NCBI GenBank assembly: GCA_963665275.2
Contig: CAXXIN010000006.1
Coordinates: forward strand, 1 to 64,000
DNA length: 64,000 nucleotides
From: Negativicutes bacterium
GTDB lineage: Bacteria > Bacillota > Negativicutes > UBA1444
Direction of reading: 5' to 3'
Part shown: positions 40,982 through 51,219 of the stretch, piece by piece
Layout: the number at the start of each line of letters is the position of its first letter
How positions within the stretch are numbered: position 1 is the first letter of the stretch
Position numbers and translations under genes: made by a program
Notes under the pieces: model-generated
Told to the model about the DNA's origin: nothing
Seen by the model: the letters and a program-made list of their open reading frames with translations, nothing else
Databases searched by the model: none

Positions 40982-42224
40982 GGGAAATACTGATTTAATC
41001 TCCCTAAGAACAGGCATTTTATCAATCCGCGCCGAATATATGGTAATAGGAAACGCCATATAGATTAAGGCGCGGAGGGATCGAGGATGGAAAAGCAGAC
41101 CTCGTTCAGTGAATGGGAATACAACGGTAAGAAAAAGCAAACTCGTCGAGATTTGTTCCTGGGAAAAATGGAAACCTTGGTTCCCTGGCAAGAATGGGTG
41201 GCACTTATTGAACCTCACTATCCGAAGGGAGAACGTGGACGCCCGCCCATTGGATGTGAACGAATGCTTCGCCTGTATCTGCTCCAAGCTTGGTACAATT
41301 TGTCGGACGAAGGGATGGAAGATGCTGTTTACGACAGCCAAGCCCTCCGGCAATTTAGTCGGATTGATTTGGCGCACGAATCTGTTCCAGATGCCACGAC
41401 CTTGTTGGAATTTCGCCATCTGCTGGAGAAATATAAACTACCGAAGCAGATGTTTGAAGAACTGCGCACCCGCCTTGGCAACCAAGGCGTTTTCATGAAA
41501 GAGGGAACCATCGTGGATGCCACAATCATTGAATCATCCGGCTCAACAAAGAACGAGCGCCACGAGAGAGACCCCCAAATGCACCAAACCAAGAAGGGCA
41601 ACGAATAGCATTTTGGCATGAAAGCCCATATCGGAGTGGACGCTGCGAGTGGGCTGGTCCATACGTTGGTGACAACGCCAGCCAATGTCGCCGATATTGC
41701 GAAGACCACTGAATTGCTGCACGGGGAAGAAGAGATCGTATATGCGGATGCAGGTTACACAGGGATCGAAAAAAGGGAGAACATCAAAGAACAATGGGGC
41801 AAGATCACCTGGTTGGTAGCTAAAAGGCGCGGCGGGATTCAAAAGCTGGTTGAGAGTTTGGAAAAGGAAGCTGTGCTGGCGGAGGAATACGCGAAGTCCT
41901 CGGTTCGATCCCTGGTCGAGCACCCGTTTCACTACATCAAGAACTTATTTGGATATGCCAAGGCGCGTTACCGGGGTCTGGAAAAGAACGAATCACAGTT
42001 GTTTGTGCTCTTTGCTTCAACCAACCTGTTGATTGCCGGACGCAGAAATGTTCCGGTGACCAGTTGATGTCCGCATAGAGGAAGAAGTCTGCTCCGAAAC
42101 CGGAATAACCGGTTGGCGCAGGCGAAACAACTACTGTTTTACGTGACCGAAGGCAAGCTTTCATCAAAACAAATGAGCATTGCACAGTTGAATTTGTGAC
42201 AACATCGATTATTCAGTAGTTCCT
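40982..42224 (+). mobile_element. IS5 family insertion sequence
   Basis: Imperfect terminal inverted repeats GGAAATACTGATTTAATC / GATTATTCAGTAGTTCC, TA on both flanks, IS5 transposase inside. Confidence 0.88.
41087..42067 (+). pseudogene. IS5 transposase with in-frame TAG (41606-41608) at a conserved Trp
   Basis: KQTRRDLFL, YNLSDEGMED, PDATTLLEFRH, VDATII, KKGNE*HFGMKAHIG, VEHPF, RYRGL; both ORFs are in the same frame. Confidence 0.88.
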
Positions 42225-42248
42225 TAGTTTGCAGACTTTTCATTACAA

Positions 42249-43193
42249 CTATCCACTTCTGTCTATTTGATCGTTTTCATTTTGCCTAACCATATTTCTC
42301 GACATTGTGCAATTTCTTCCAGCTTGTTTTGCCAAATATAAATATTTATCTACTATACTTAACAATTGCTGCATATTGACATCTTCTCCGTTAAAGGTAT
42401 GCACGCCAAAGCTTGCAGTAATGCTGATAGGCCCAGCCGTTGTTTCCGTAACTGTTTTTTCAACGTGAATCCGCATTCTCTCGGCAACTTCATAAGCTTC
42501 ACGCTCTTGACAATTGGTTAAAAAAATCAGAAATTCTTCTCCCCCATACCTAGCCACGCAATCTCTGCCGTTTTGCCGAATGTACTTACTAATTACATCT
42601 GCAAATGCAATTAGTATCTCATCTCCAACCCCATGTCCGTACTGGTCGTTTACTTTCTTAAAATGGTCAATATCAGCCATTACGAGAGATATGGGTTGTT
42701 GGTTCATGCGCGTAGTTCCCATTTCCATAGGAAGAGTGTTCGCTATATATCTTCTGTTATAAATATTTGTCAACTCATCCATATTGGCAAGATTGTACAG
42801 ATTAGCAAAAGCATCGTGATTATTATCTTTCAACTCTTGAAAGAGTCTTTCAACGCTCTGATCGTTAATACATTTTACAAGCTCTATCGCAACAAGTTCC
42901 TGCCCAAAACGAACAGGCATAGCGATTACTATGAAAACATCTCCATGTAGTTGCACTATGTTAAAAAGGGTCTCATTAAGCTCTGCTGCTTTTAAAGCAA
43001 TACAACATTTACATTTTTCTCCTCCATGAGACAAGCAAAAGCAATCCTCTTTATTATTCTGCCGCTTTCTGGAGTTTGAACTATTAGCTTTTGTCTCTAA
43101 CGGCTTAATTACTTGAACAAAATCAAAATACCCGCTAAACACTTTCAAATCTTCAAGGAATTTCCCTTTTATTTCCACACGCCTCCTCAACAT
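42249..43193 (-). CDS. Diguanylate cyclase with Cys-rich N-terminal domain
   Basis: DELTNIYNRR, DIDHFKKVNDQYGH, RYGGEEF, AKQAGRN; CFC...CKCC in the N-terminus; AT-rich. Confidence 0.9.
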   Translation of the reverse strand: MLRRRVEIKGKFLEDLKVFSGYFDFVQVIKPLETKANSSNSRKRQNNKEDCFCLSHGGEKCKCCIALKAAELNETLFNIVQLHGDVFIVIAMPVRFGQELVAIELVKCINDQSVERLFQELKDNNHDAFANLYNLANMDELTNIYNRRYIANTLPMEMGTTRMNQQPISLVMADIDHFKKVNDQYGHGVGDEILIAFADVISKYIRQNGRDCVARYGGEEFLIFLTNCQEREAYEVAERMRIHVEKTVTETTAGPISITASFGVHTFNGEDVNMQQLLSIVDKYLYLAKQAGRNCTMSRNMVRQNENDQIDRSG

Positions 43194-43226
43194 ATAATCT
43201 TTTTCATTAACATTGCGACGAAAAAT

Positions 43227-43254
43227 AAAAAACCTCCATCAACAAGATGAAGGC
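43227..43254 (-). terminator. Intrinsic terminator just upstream of the DGC gene
   Basis: Minus strand CCTTCATC-TTGTT-GATGGAGG-TTTTTT, about 35 nt before the ATG. Confidence 0.55.
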
Positions 43255-43429
43255 TTTTCATAAGGCAGCTAAAAATAACAATACTTTACTGCATAACTTT
43301 GCCACTAACAAGCATATTAAAATCTATGAATTTTGTTCATGCGATGAATACTGCTTGTACTACCTGCTCCACCATCGTGATCAGTGTGCAATAGAAGCTG
43401 CAAGCTTTGCAAAGTAAACCAATCCTCAA

Positions 43430-44194
43430 TTAAGATATCACATCATTATCGCATTGTCTAGCAATCACTACTGCAATTAAAAGGTTTTTTTCAAAATCAA
43501 CCTTGATACGTTTATCAGGAATATAATTATATTCTGAATGGAATACATGATCAATTACTTCACTGAGCAAACTTGCCAGCAATTCACGAACAGAAAGACC
43601 TTCATCGCAGCTGTTTGAAACATAGTTATTTATATACAACGGTATAATCCCAAAAACACATATTACCATGTACTGATTGCCTAAAATCGCGGTTGTTATC
43701 CGCTCTGGCCCCCTGCCCGACAAATAACGAATATGGCTTGATGCCATTCGTGTCAACTTATCTTCCAAATTTCCGTTGTGTATTCCAACAGCCTTAAATA
43801 TGGGCCTATCAAATATTTTGACACTATAAGCACAGACCTCATCGTTGATAGTGCTGGGGCAAGCGTTGGGGCAAAACATGTACCAAAAATCTATTTTTGC
43901 CTTATAATACTCTTCCAGTTTTTCGCGCATATGGGAGCAAGTTATTTCCATTATAAACTGCACGTATTTTTCGACTGATATTGTTTGTAAATATTCAATT
44001 TTGACCCGCTCCCATTTTTCACGAGAAGTCGTCATCAAGAAAAGCTGAATGTCTTTCCGGCAAATGCACTGCGTAAGCTTAAACACCCCAGGTAATTTAT
44101 ATTGTTTTTGCATTGCCTCCATTAATTGCCCGTGAGTATTTACAAATTGTTGAGGTTCATACCTTTCCGCCGAAATTTCATCATATGTCATCAT
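43430..44194 (-). CDS. DUF2294 / MpsC-like domain protein
   Basis: C-terminal half has the LSGRGPERITTAIL...VICVFG pattern typical of DUF2294; AT-rich. Confidence 0.6.
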   Translation of the reverse strand: MMTYDEISAERYEPQQFVNTHGQLMEAMQKQYKLPGVFKLTQCICRKDIQLFLMTTSREKWERVKIEYLQTISVEKYVQFIMEITCSHMREKLEEYYKAKIDFWYMFCPNACPSTINDEVCAYSVKIFDRPIFKAVGIHNGNLEDKLTRMASSHIRYLSGRGPERITTAILGNQYMVICVFGIIPLYINNYVSNSCDEGLSVRELLASLLSEVIDHVFHSEYNYIPDKRIKVDFEKNLLIAVVIARQCDNDVIS

Positions 44195-44397
44195 AATATC
44201 GGCCCCCAAAAAAAGAATCCTTCTTACGTAAAACGTTAGATAATGTAGGATTTGCGGAAACAAATATAAAGCTACTGCTCTACAACTGAATAACTTGCCA
44301 TATAATATTTTCTTCATTTGTTGCACAATACCTTCCTGCTATAAAAACGAGCGACTTTACCAAGATTTGATGGACAACCAGAATGCCTCTATAATAA

Positions 44398-45643
44398 GAT
44401 AGCGTACAATTAAGTTCGCAAAAGTGAAAAAGGAATAGCCATCGATGACTCCGAAAAGGTAAGTGCTCAGCAAACCAAGAAGGAGAGTGTATCATCGATG
44501 GCTTACCCAAATTTTAACGTACCTTTTGAAAAAATGCTAATGAAATTTATGTCAGAAGAAGATCCCATGCTATCCATGCTCAAGTGGCTCTGCGAAAGGC
44601 TCATGGAAGCAGAAGTGGATGAAAAGATCGGCGCCGAAAAATCTGAGAGAGCATCAAACCGACAAGGCTATCGATCTGGATATCGGATTCGCCGATTCGA
44701 CACACGGATGGGGACGATGTATTTGATGCGCCAAAGGCGTATCCACTCGAAAAATCGAAAAACTGACTAAGACCTTGGGCATTGAATCGATCTCCCTCAG
44801 CCAGGTATCGATCATTACGAAGGACCTAAATGAACAGGTCGAAGCCTTTCGCAATCGACAAATTGAAGCTACCTATCCAGTCCTGTGGGTCGATGCTCTG
44901 TATGAAAAAATTCGCGACAACCGTAGTGTCAAAAACATGGCGGTATTAGTTGTAAGTGGCATTACCGTGGAAGAAAAACGAGATATTTTGGCCATAGAAC
45001 CCATGTGTGAGGAATCAGCTACCACTTATAGCGAACTCTTTGAAAATCTCAAAGCACGCGGTCTGGAAAAGGTATGGTTGGTAGTTTCGGATGCCCACAA
45101 GGGCCTAATTAAAGCAGCCCGGGAATCTTTTGTCGGTTGCTCCTGGCAACGGTGCAAGGTGCATTTCATGCGCAATATTCTGGCGCATATCTCTGGCAGG
45201 GATAAGAAATCCTTTGCTGAAAAACTCAAGCAAATTTGGCTCCAGCCCGATTACGACAGTGCTAAAAAGTACGCCAATTCACTGATGGACGAGTATGAAT
45301 CCAAGTATCCCGAGGCCGTGGCCATTCTGGAAGAGGGGTTAGAAGATTCACTGCAGTTTTTCAGTTATTCCGAGATTGACTCCCGCAAGATCGCGTCAAC
45401 CAACATCTTGGAACGGTTAAATCGAGAAATCCGCAGAAGAACCAAGGTTGTAGGAATATTCCCCAGCATGGATTCTTATATTCGACTAGTGACCAGTTAT
45501 TTGATTGAGTACAGCGAAGACTGGCATAGTGGTCGTTCCTATATTAACCCGAAAATAATCGATGCAATCCAGCAGGCACATGAACAGGCTGCATTATCCT
45601 TGAAGAGTCAAGATGGTTTTTGCGAACATTTATTGACACTATC
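44398..45643 (+). mobile_element. IS256 family element with internally deleted transposase
   Basis: Inverted repeats GATAGCGTACAATTAAGTTCGCAAAA / TTTTGCGAACATTTATTGACACTATC; YRSGYRIR.FDTRMG, LWVDALY, VSDAHKG, WQRCKVHF, TNILERLNREIRRR; frame break and missing segment near 44730; no target duplication. Confidence 0.88.
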
Positions 45644-45799
45644 AAGCGAGGCTCCATGCAAACGAAGTCGCGCCTGTCGGCGAAAATATTCGAAAACATC
45701 GAAGTTACCGGAGAGATCGTTTCGACCATGGTGCGCGGGACTTTCGTGAAAGAAAATGGAGCCATGGTAGCAGAAAAAAAGGGTTTGGGCAAATATTGA
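45644..45799 (+). pseudogene. 3' fragment of a dihydroorotase/allantoinase-type cyclic amidohydrolase truncated by IS256
   Basis: MQTKSRLSAKIFENIEVTGEIVSTMVRGTFVKENGAMVAEKKGLGKY* resembles the family C-terminus (G.v..TmvRG..v...g....g.G.y). Confidence 0.55.
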
Positions 45800-45951
45800 A
45801 GCCGTTAGGGCGGCGTACGGCAAATTAATTGAATGGAAGGCGATTCTTGGAGCATTGAATGAGCATAAAGCAGTGAAATAAGTGCAGGGAAAGTTGGCGT
45901 TGCGCTGTTACACAGCTGTGCAAAAAAAATGCTTTTTAGAATTCGCCTTTC

Positions 45952-45980
45952 TTGACAAAATATAACTTTGGTTTTATACT
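45952..45980 (+). promoter_or_regulatory. Sigma-70/A promoter of marR
   Basis: TTGACA (45952), 17 bp, TATACT (45975). Confidence 0.75.
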
Positions 45981-45986
45981 AAACAA

Positions 45987-46006
45987 ATAATAAGCTGGCT
46001 AACTAT
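45987..46006. promoter_or_regulatory. Putative MarR operator, copy 1 of 3
   Basis: ATAATAAGCTGGCTAACTAT; related copies at 46555-46574 and 46688-46707. Confidence 0.65.
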
Positions 46007-46027
46007 ATTGTTGGAGGAGTTGTTATT

Positions 46028-46519
46028 CTGGATATTCAGAAAAAAGCATTTCCAACTCGTGAAGCTCTGCGTCAGTTTGCTAACCAAGCACCGGGACTTG
46101 ATGTCTCGGCTGCGGAAGTGATGCTGCAAATTTTGCAGACTTCCCATGAAATTCACCAACAGGTCTTTGACATACTGGAAAAAAAACACAAGGTATCCAA
46201 AGGAAAATTGATGGTCATGATGATCCTTTATCAGTCGCTAGAGGGGATTGCACCCTCAACATTAGCTGAAAAAGCCGGTGTAACTCGTGCTACGATTAGT
46301 GCCATGCTGCGACGGATGATTCGAGACAAGCTTGCCTGCTCTTTTTCAGACTCGGCAGACGGGCGCAGAAAACTTGTCGGACTCACAGAGAAAGGCCGAG
46401 CATTTCTGGACGAGATTTTGCCTGATCATTTTAAGCGCGAAGCTCGATTGATGAATAATGTTTCGGAAGAAGAGCGAATTACGTTGGTTCAGTTGCTGAA
46501 AAAAATTAAAGCAAACTGA
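46028..46519 (+). CDS. MarR family transcriptional regulator (probable CTG start)
   Basis: PSTLAEKAGVTRATIS, DGRRKLVGLTEKG; frame is open back to CTG 46028 after a GGAGGA RBS. Confidence 0.85.
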   Translation: MDIQKKAFPTREALRQFANQAPGLDVSAAEVMLQILQTSHEIHQQVFDILEKKHKVSKGKLMVMMILYQSLEGIAPSTLAEKAGVTRATISAMLRRMIRDKLACSFSDSADGRRKLVGLTEKGRAFLDEILPDHFKREARLMNNVSEEERITLVQLLKKIKAN

Positions 46520-46554
46520 CCTTTGAGAAACTAAACAAGAGAAATCTTGCCTAT

Positions 46555-46574
46555 ATAGTTAGCGGACTAATTAG
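46555..46574. promoter_or_regulatory. Putative MarR operator, copy 2
   Basis: ATAGTTAGCGGACTAATTAG. Confidence 0.55.
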
Positions 46575-46687
46575 TGTCGCTGAACATTGCGTTTGCAAGG
46601 AGGGATCCTATTATAGTTGGAGTAATATATTGAGCGAAAGAGCGATATACAATAAGTTAAGCTATAGGAACAATATTTTTCGCGCCG

Positions 46688-46707
46688 ATAATTAGCTGGC
46701 TAACTAT
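46688..46707. promoter_or_regulatory. Putative MarR operator, copy 3
   Basis: ATAATTAGCTGGCTAACTAT. Confidence 0.65.
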
Positions 46708-46757
46708 TGGTGCGAAAAATATTTTTAACAAAACAACATGGGATTGGAAGTGCTTTA

Positions 46758-47960
46758 ATGATATTGAACAAAAAGTCGATGCGCGTGAAGATGGCTAAAA
46801 TGGTAAGGTTGTTGAAGAATCCGGCAACAACTACAAAAGGAAAATCATTGCGTATGGGAATTGTAGTTCTAGTTGTACTTTTCGTTGGCGGAACAATGTT
46901 GATGCTTATGGGGCATGACGCTGTCTCGGTAGCTTTGGAGAAAAAAGAAGGGATTTTGTCAGCAGAACAGGTTAAAATCGCGTTTGAAAATGTCGGGGGA
47001 CGTTTGGTGAAGGAAGCGGTGCAAGAATCGCAAGAAGTCAAAAAAGGTGACATCCTTATGATCATTGATAGCACTGATATTGATCTGTCAATAGAACGAA
47101 TGAAAACACAAATCGCTCAAGTGGAAGCTAAAATTAACCAGCTAAATGGCAGTATCGTCATTGGATACCAGAAAGCGACTACTACCGAAACACAGACCTA
47201 TCGCCTGATCGAACAACAGAAAATGGCACTGGACGCAGCGAAATCTACCTATAACAATCAGAAAATAAATTATAATCGTAAGCGCGCCTTGTTAGCTTCG
47301 GGCGCTATTTCACAGTCGGAACTTGACAGTGCGACGATGTCGTTGGATGTGGCGTTGGCCAATATGGGACAAGCGCAGCGAATGCTCGACAAAATGCTTG
47401 CAGGCACTGGCGAAGCTGCAAAAGAGCGAGTGTTGACGAGTGGAAATGCTGATAATATTTACTTGGCGGAGATTGATCAACAGCGTCAGGAATTGGAAAA
47501 CAATAAATTGGGTGTTCAAGACTATATTCACCAAAAGGATAACCTGCTTGTACAGCTAAAAGAATTACAGATAAAAAAAGAACGGCTGACTTTGCGCGCG
47601 CCGGAAGATGGCAAAATACTAAGAATCATTGCGAAACAAGGGGAAATGATTTCGGCGAACACTCCGGTCGTTTTGCTCGAGAGCAAGCGTTTTTATTATG
47701 ACATTTACGTGGATGAACAACTGGCTTCACGCCTTGAAGTGGGAGGTAAGATTGTCGGTAGCACCGTTGCCGGAAAAAGAACCATTCCGGGTAATATTCG
47801 CTTCATTACGGCTGCCCCTGGTTTTGCCGATTTGAAAATGAGCCGTGAAAAAGGGCAGGCCGACCTTTCGGCATTTCAGGTCAGGATCTATGTTGACCCG
47901 GCAAATCTGCTGCCCGGAATGACGGTTGAGGTGAGCAGAAATGCATTTCTTAAAGGATGA
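46758..47960 (+). CDS. HlyD family membrane fusion protein (start uncertain)
   Basis: N-terminal transmembrane segment, VKKGDIL lipoyl motif, long coiled coil, LRAPEDG, LLPGMTV. Confidence 0.88.
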   Translation: MILNKKSMRVKMAKMVRLLKNPATTTKGKSLRMGIVVLVVLFVGGTMLMLMGHDAVSVALEKKEGILSAEQVKIAFENVGGRLVKEAVQESQEVKKGDILMIIDSTDIDLSIERMKTQIAQVEAKINQLNGSIVIGYQKATTTETQTYRLIEQQKMALDAAKSTYNNQKINYNRKRALLASGAISQSELDSATMSLDVALANMGQAQRMLDKMLAGTGEAAKERVLTSGNADNIYLAEIDQQRQELENNKLGVQDYIHQKDNLLVQLKELQIKKERLTLRAPEDGKILRIIAKQGEMISANTPVVLLESKRFYYDIYVDEQLASRLEVGGKIVGSTVAGKRTIPGNIRFITAAPGFADLKMSREKGQADLSAFQVRIYVDPANLLPGMTVEVSRNAFLKG

Positions 47961-49122
47961 ACTGACATATTTCTTCTCAGGAAAAGGCATGCCGTATGCG
48001 AAAGTGTCGATTGTAGTCGCGCTGGTTATAACATTGGTATTTACCGCTGTCTTTTCCAATAGCTATATAAAGGACGGAAAAGTAGTTGTCGTGGATCTGG
48101 ACAATTCCAACTATAGCCATGAATTTATCGACACACTTAACTCGTCGCCATATATTAAAGTTCGAGAAATAATCAATACTCCCGTCGATCCAAAAACACT
48201 GCTGTATCGTGATCGTTGCCTTGCGGTCATTTATCTGCCCGCCGGTTTTGAAAAAAACCGCTATAATCAAGCTGCAAATAATATTGGCGTTATTTATGAT
48301 AATATCAATGAAGCGCAAAGTGGCCATCTAAAAGAAGCACTCTTCACAATCGTTGCTGTTGAAAACCTGAAGATTGGTATGCCGCAAGTTCAGGCTATGG
48401 GTATCAACAGTGAACAGGCAGAGGCAATCATGAATAATATATCTCTCAAAGAACGTTTGCTGTTTAACCCAACAAATTCGCATAGCAGTGGAGAAGTCAT
48501 GGGGTTCTTATTCTTTTTTTCCTCAATGTTTTTTGCCTTCGCGACTCTTGGAATGGTCGCCCGGTTGCGATTGGAGCATAAATGGAATGCCCAGCTCTTG
48601 GATGGCAATGTCTTTGGACTTATGATACGTCTTGTTCCATATATTCTCTGCCTGACAGTGGCTATTGTAGTGGGATTGGTCATATTGCGAATCGTTGGCG
48701 ATTTGAGTTTTACCGGGAACTATTTCGCGCTGTTGCTTTCAGTATTGCTGCTTGGAAGTTCCTCTGGCCTGATGAGCTTGCTTTTCGGGTGGAGAGAAGT
48801 TGATCCAGGAGGTGCTGCCAGCAAGATGATTTTGTTTGTGCCGGGCGGCTTTATTCTCGGCGGATTTTCTAATCCGATGGATATTGTGCCTGCTTGGGTA
48901 CAAGTCGTATATAATGTATTTCCTCTTGTTTGGGAATTTCGTCTGATCAGGGATATTATTCTGCGTGGTGCAGCCTTTATGGATATTGCCCGGGATTTCG
49001 GCGGGTATATGATCTATACGGGAGTATTGGCGTTGCTTGTCTCCGCCAGATTTTATCATGACCGCAAAGTGCTGCTCACTCAGGCGGATTCCAGTTCTGA
49101 AAATGGTGAAATTGCAGCATAA
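47941..49122 (+). CDS. ABC-2 type permease (YhhJ/YbhR-like)
   Basis: VVVVDLDNSNYS, IYLPAGFE, LFNP, C-terminal transmembrane segments with GFSNPMD.VP.W. Confidence 0.85.
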   Translation: MHFLKDELTYFFSGKGMPYAKVSIVVALVITLVFTAVFSNSYIKDGKVVVVDLDNSNYSHEFIDTLNSSPYIKVREIINTPVDPKTLLYRDRCLAVIYLPAGFEKNRYNQAANNIGVIYDNINEAQSGHLKEALFTIVAVENLKIGMPQVQAMGINSEQAEAIMNNISLKERLLFNPTNSHSSGEVMGFLFFFSSMFFAFATLGMVARLRLEHKWNAQLLDGNVFGLMIRLVPYILCLTVAIVVGLVILRIVGDLSFTGNYFALLLSVLLLGSSSGLMSLLFGWREVDPGGAASKMILFVPGGFILGGFSNPMDIVPAWVQVVYNVFPLVWEFRLIRDIILRGAAFMDIARDFGGYMIYTGVLALLVSARFYHDRKVLLTQADSSSENGEIAA

Positions 49123-49159
49123 GTTTCCTAGCGTCGGATGAGATAATATTTACCATACG

Positions 49160-49204
49160 GCAGGCGACATTATCCTTGCGATAGAGGATGTTCGCCTGCT
49201 TTTT
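49160..49204 (+). terminator. Intrinsic terminator
   Basis: GCAGGCGACAT.ATCCT...AGGATGTTCGCCTGC-TTTTT. Confidence 0.65.
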
Positions 49205-49554
49205 CTATGTGCTTTCAAGGTTGGTGCTGGCGGCACTGGTCGGCCGGATCATTGCCCAGTATCAGAACTCATAAAGTAAAAGTGCTTAGTATTAAAAAGC
49301 ATTTCTTCCCGTCCCCGAAAGTATGGACATCAAGCGATTTCAAATTTAAATGATCCATGATGTCGCCAGTCATTATACAGTAGCAGGAAAATGTTTGTGT
49401 TCAAGCGAAAAGATAGGCATATTGCAAATGCCATAAACGAGTTCTCACTTCGGCTGTTCACTTTATATTGGGGATCTGTTGCCTTTGATTTTCAAGGACC
49501 GTTGATCACCCCCTGAAGCTTTGGACGCATGAGACGGAAGGAGTTGAATGGTAA

Positions 49555-51192
49555 ATGCAAAATAACGAAAATTTGTCAGGGAACGTTGTAGCAGGTCTTA
49601 CCACTTCGGCGGTTGTGATTCCTAAGGCTATGGCCTATGCAGGCATTGCAGGCTTATCGGTTGAAGCTGGAATGTATGCAGCGCTGATCCCGATGCTCGT
49701 GTATGCTTTTCTGGGCTCGTCCACCAAGCTGAGTGTCAGTACGACCACTACCATTGCGATTCTTACGGGCGCGCAGCTGACGATGGCTGTGCCGGACGGC
49801 GATCCGGCGAAACTAATGTCGGCGGTGGGGGCACTCGGAGTATTGGTGGGAATATTCCTGCTCCTTGCCGGCTTTTTGAAAATGGGATTTTTGGCTAATC
49901 TGATCTCCGATCCCGTTCTTACAGGATTTAAAGCCGGCATCGCTATGGTGATCATAGTGGACCAGTTTCCCAAAATATTGGGTCTGCACATAACCAAGAC
50001 TGGCTTCCTTCGTGACATTTTCTCCATAGGGAACCATGTTCCGGAAACCAGTATTCCAACTTTGCTGTTATCCGTGGTTGTGCTGCTTCTTTTCTTTGTC
50101 ACCGAACGATATTTTCCCCGGATTCCAGCTCCTCTTTTAGCGGTGGCCGTCGGAATCAGTGCAGCAGCTTTCCTTGACCTGAAGGATAACGGAGTGGCAT
50201 TGACCGGGCATATCACGGCAGGATTGCCGATGCCGAAATTGCCTGACCTGAATCTTTTGACGATCTTATGGCCCGGAGCGCTTGGTATTGCCCTCATGTC
50301 CTTTACTGAATCAATGGCGGCTGCTCGCGCATTTATCAAAGATGGAGATCCTCCGGTCAAACCAAATCGGGAATTGATCGCGATTGGCGCGGCCAATCTT
50401 GCAGGCGCCTTATTCCAAAGCATTCCTGCAGGCGGAGGCACTTCACAGACCGCTGTAAACGCCAAAGCCGGTGCTCGGACCAAAGTTGCCGGAGGAGTGA
50501 CCGCGCTGGTTGCACTGGCTACTTTGCTGTTTTTGGCTCCACTGGTCAGCCTGCTGCCCCAGGCCGTGCTTGCAGCCATTGTTATTGTTACCACCGCGCC
50601 CTTATTCAGCCCCAAAGAGTTCAGCGCCATTCGCAAAGTTCGTCGGCGAGAGTTTCGCTGGGCGCTTGTGTCCTGCGCTGGAGTTGTGGTGCTTGGAACA
50701 TTGCCGGGGATCTTGGTCGCAGTGGGAGTAACCTTGCTGACTCTCTTTTACGAGGGCGTCCAACCTAACGTGTATGTTGTCGGGCGCAAACCGGGAACTG
50801 AGTTTTTTCGGCCTCTGCTTGGGGATCATCCCGGAGACGAACAAATCCCCGGGCTGCTTATTCTCAGAATAGAAGGACGCTGGACTTTCGCCAATGCACC
50901 GCAGGTGCGGGACCGCCTACGGACACTCGTACTTGCAGCGAAACCTCGCGTGGTTATTTTGGACTGCAGGGTAATGATTGATCTGGAATATACCGCCTTG
51001 CGCGAATTGACCGAAGCGGAAAAAGGCTTGCGTGAAAACGGTATTCCCTTGTGGCTGGTCGCACTCACTCCCGCCGTTCTCAAAGTCGTGGAAAACTCGC
51101 CTTTAGGAGGGGTTCTTGGACACAAGCGTATGTTTTTTAAATTGCATGATGCGATTGAGGCCTATAAATTAGATTACGCTGAGGTGAAATAA
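49555..51192 (+). CDS. SulP family anion transporter with STAS domain
   Basis: AGLT...IPKAMAYA, PVLTGF, NRELIAIG, GARTKVAG, STAS RIEGRWTFAN. Confidence 0.92.
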   Translation: MQNNENLSGNVVAGLTTSAVVIPKAMAYAGIAGLSVEAGMYAALIPMLVYAFLGSSTKLSVSTTTTIAILTGAQLTMAVPDGDPAKLMSAVGALGVLVGIFLLLAGFLKMGFLANLISDPVLTGFKAGIAMVIIVDQFPKILGLHITKTGFLRDIFSIGNHVPETSIPTLLLSVVVLLLFFVTERYFPRIPAPLLAVAVGISAAAFLDLKDNGVALTGHITAGLPMPKLPDLNLLTILWPGALGIALMSFTESMAAARAFIKDGDPPVKPNRELIAIGAANLAGALFQSIPAGGGTSQTAVNAKAGARTKVAGGVTALVALATLLFLAPLVSLLPQAVLAAIVIVTTAPLFSPKEFSAIRKVRRREFRWALVSCAGVVVLGTLPGILVAVGVTLLTLFYEGVQPNVYVVGRKPGTEFFRPLLGDHPGDEQIPGLLILRIEGRWTFANAPQVRDRLRTLVLAAKPRVVILDCRVMIDLEYTALRELTEAEKGLRENGIPLWLVALTPAVLKVVENSPLGGVLGHKRMFFKLHDAIEAYKLDYAEVK

Positions 51193-51219
51193 AATAATAC
51201 AGTTGGAGGAGGGGGACGT

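Noticed and set aside
41606-41608. In-frame TAG in the IS5 transposase as possible pyrrolysine or readthrough
   Set aside because: It sits at a conserved Trp (TGG to TAG is a single change) in an IS gene; an ordinary nonsense mutation is more likely.
43255-43310. Possible c-di-GMP-I riboswitch ahead of the DGC gene
   Set aside because: GGCAAA and GCTGCC are present, but the GNRA tetraloop/receptor P2-P3 architecture could not be identified.
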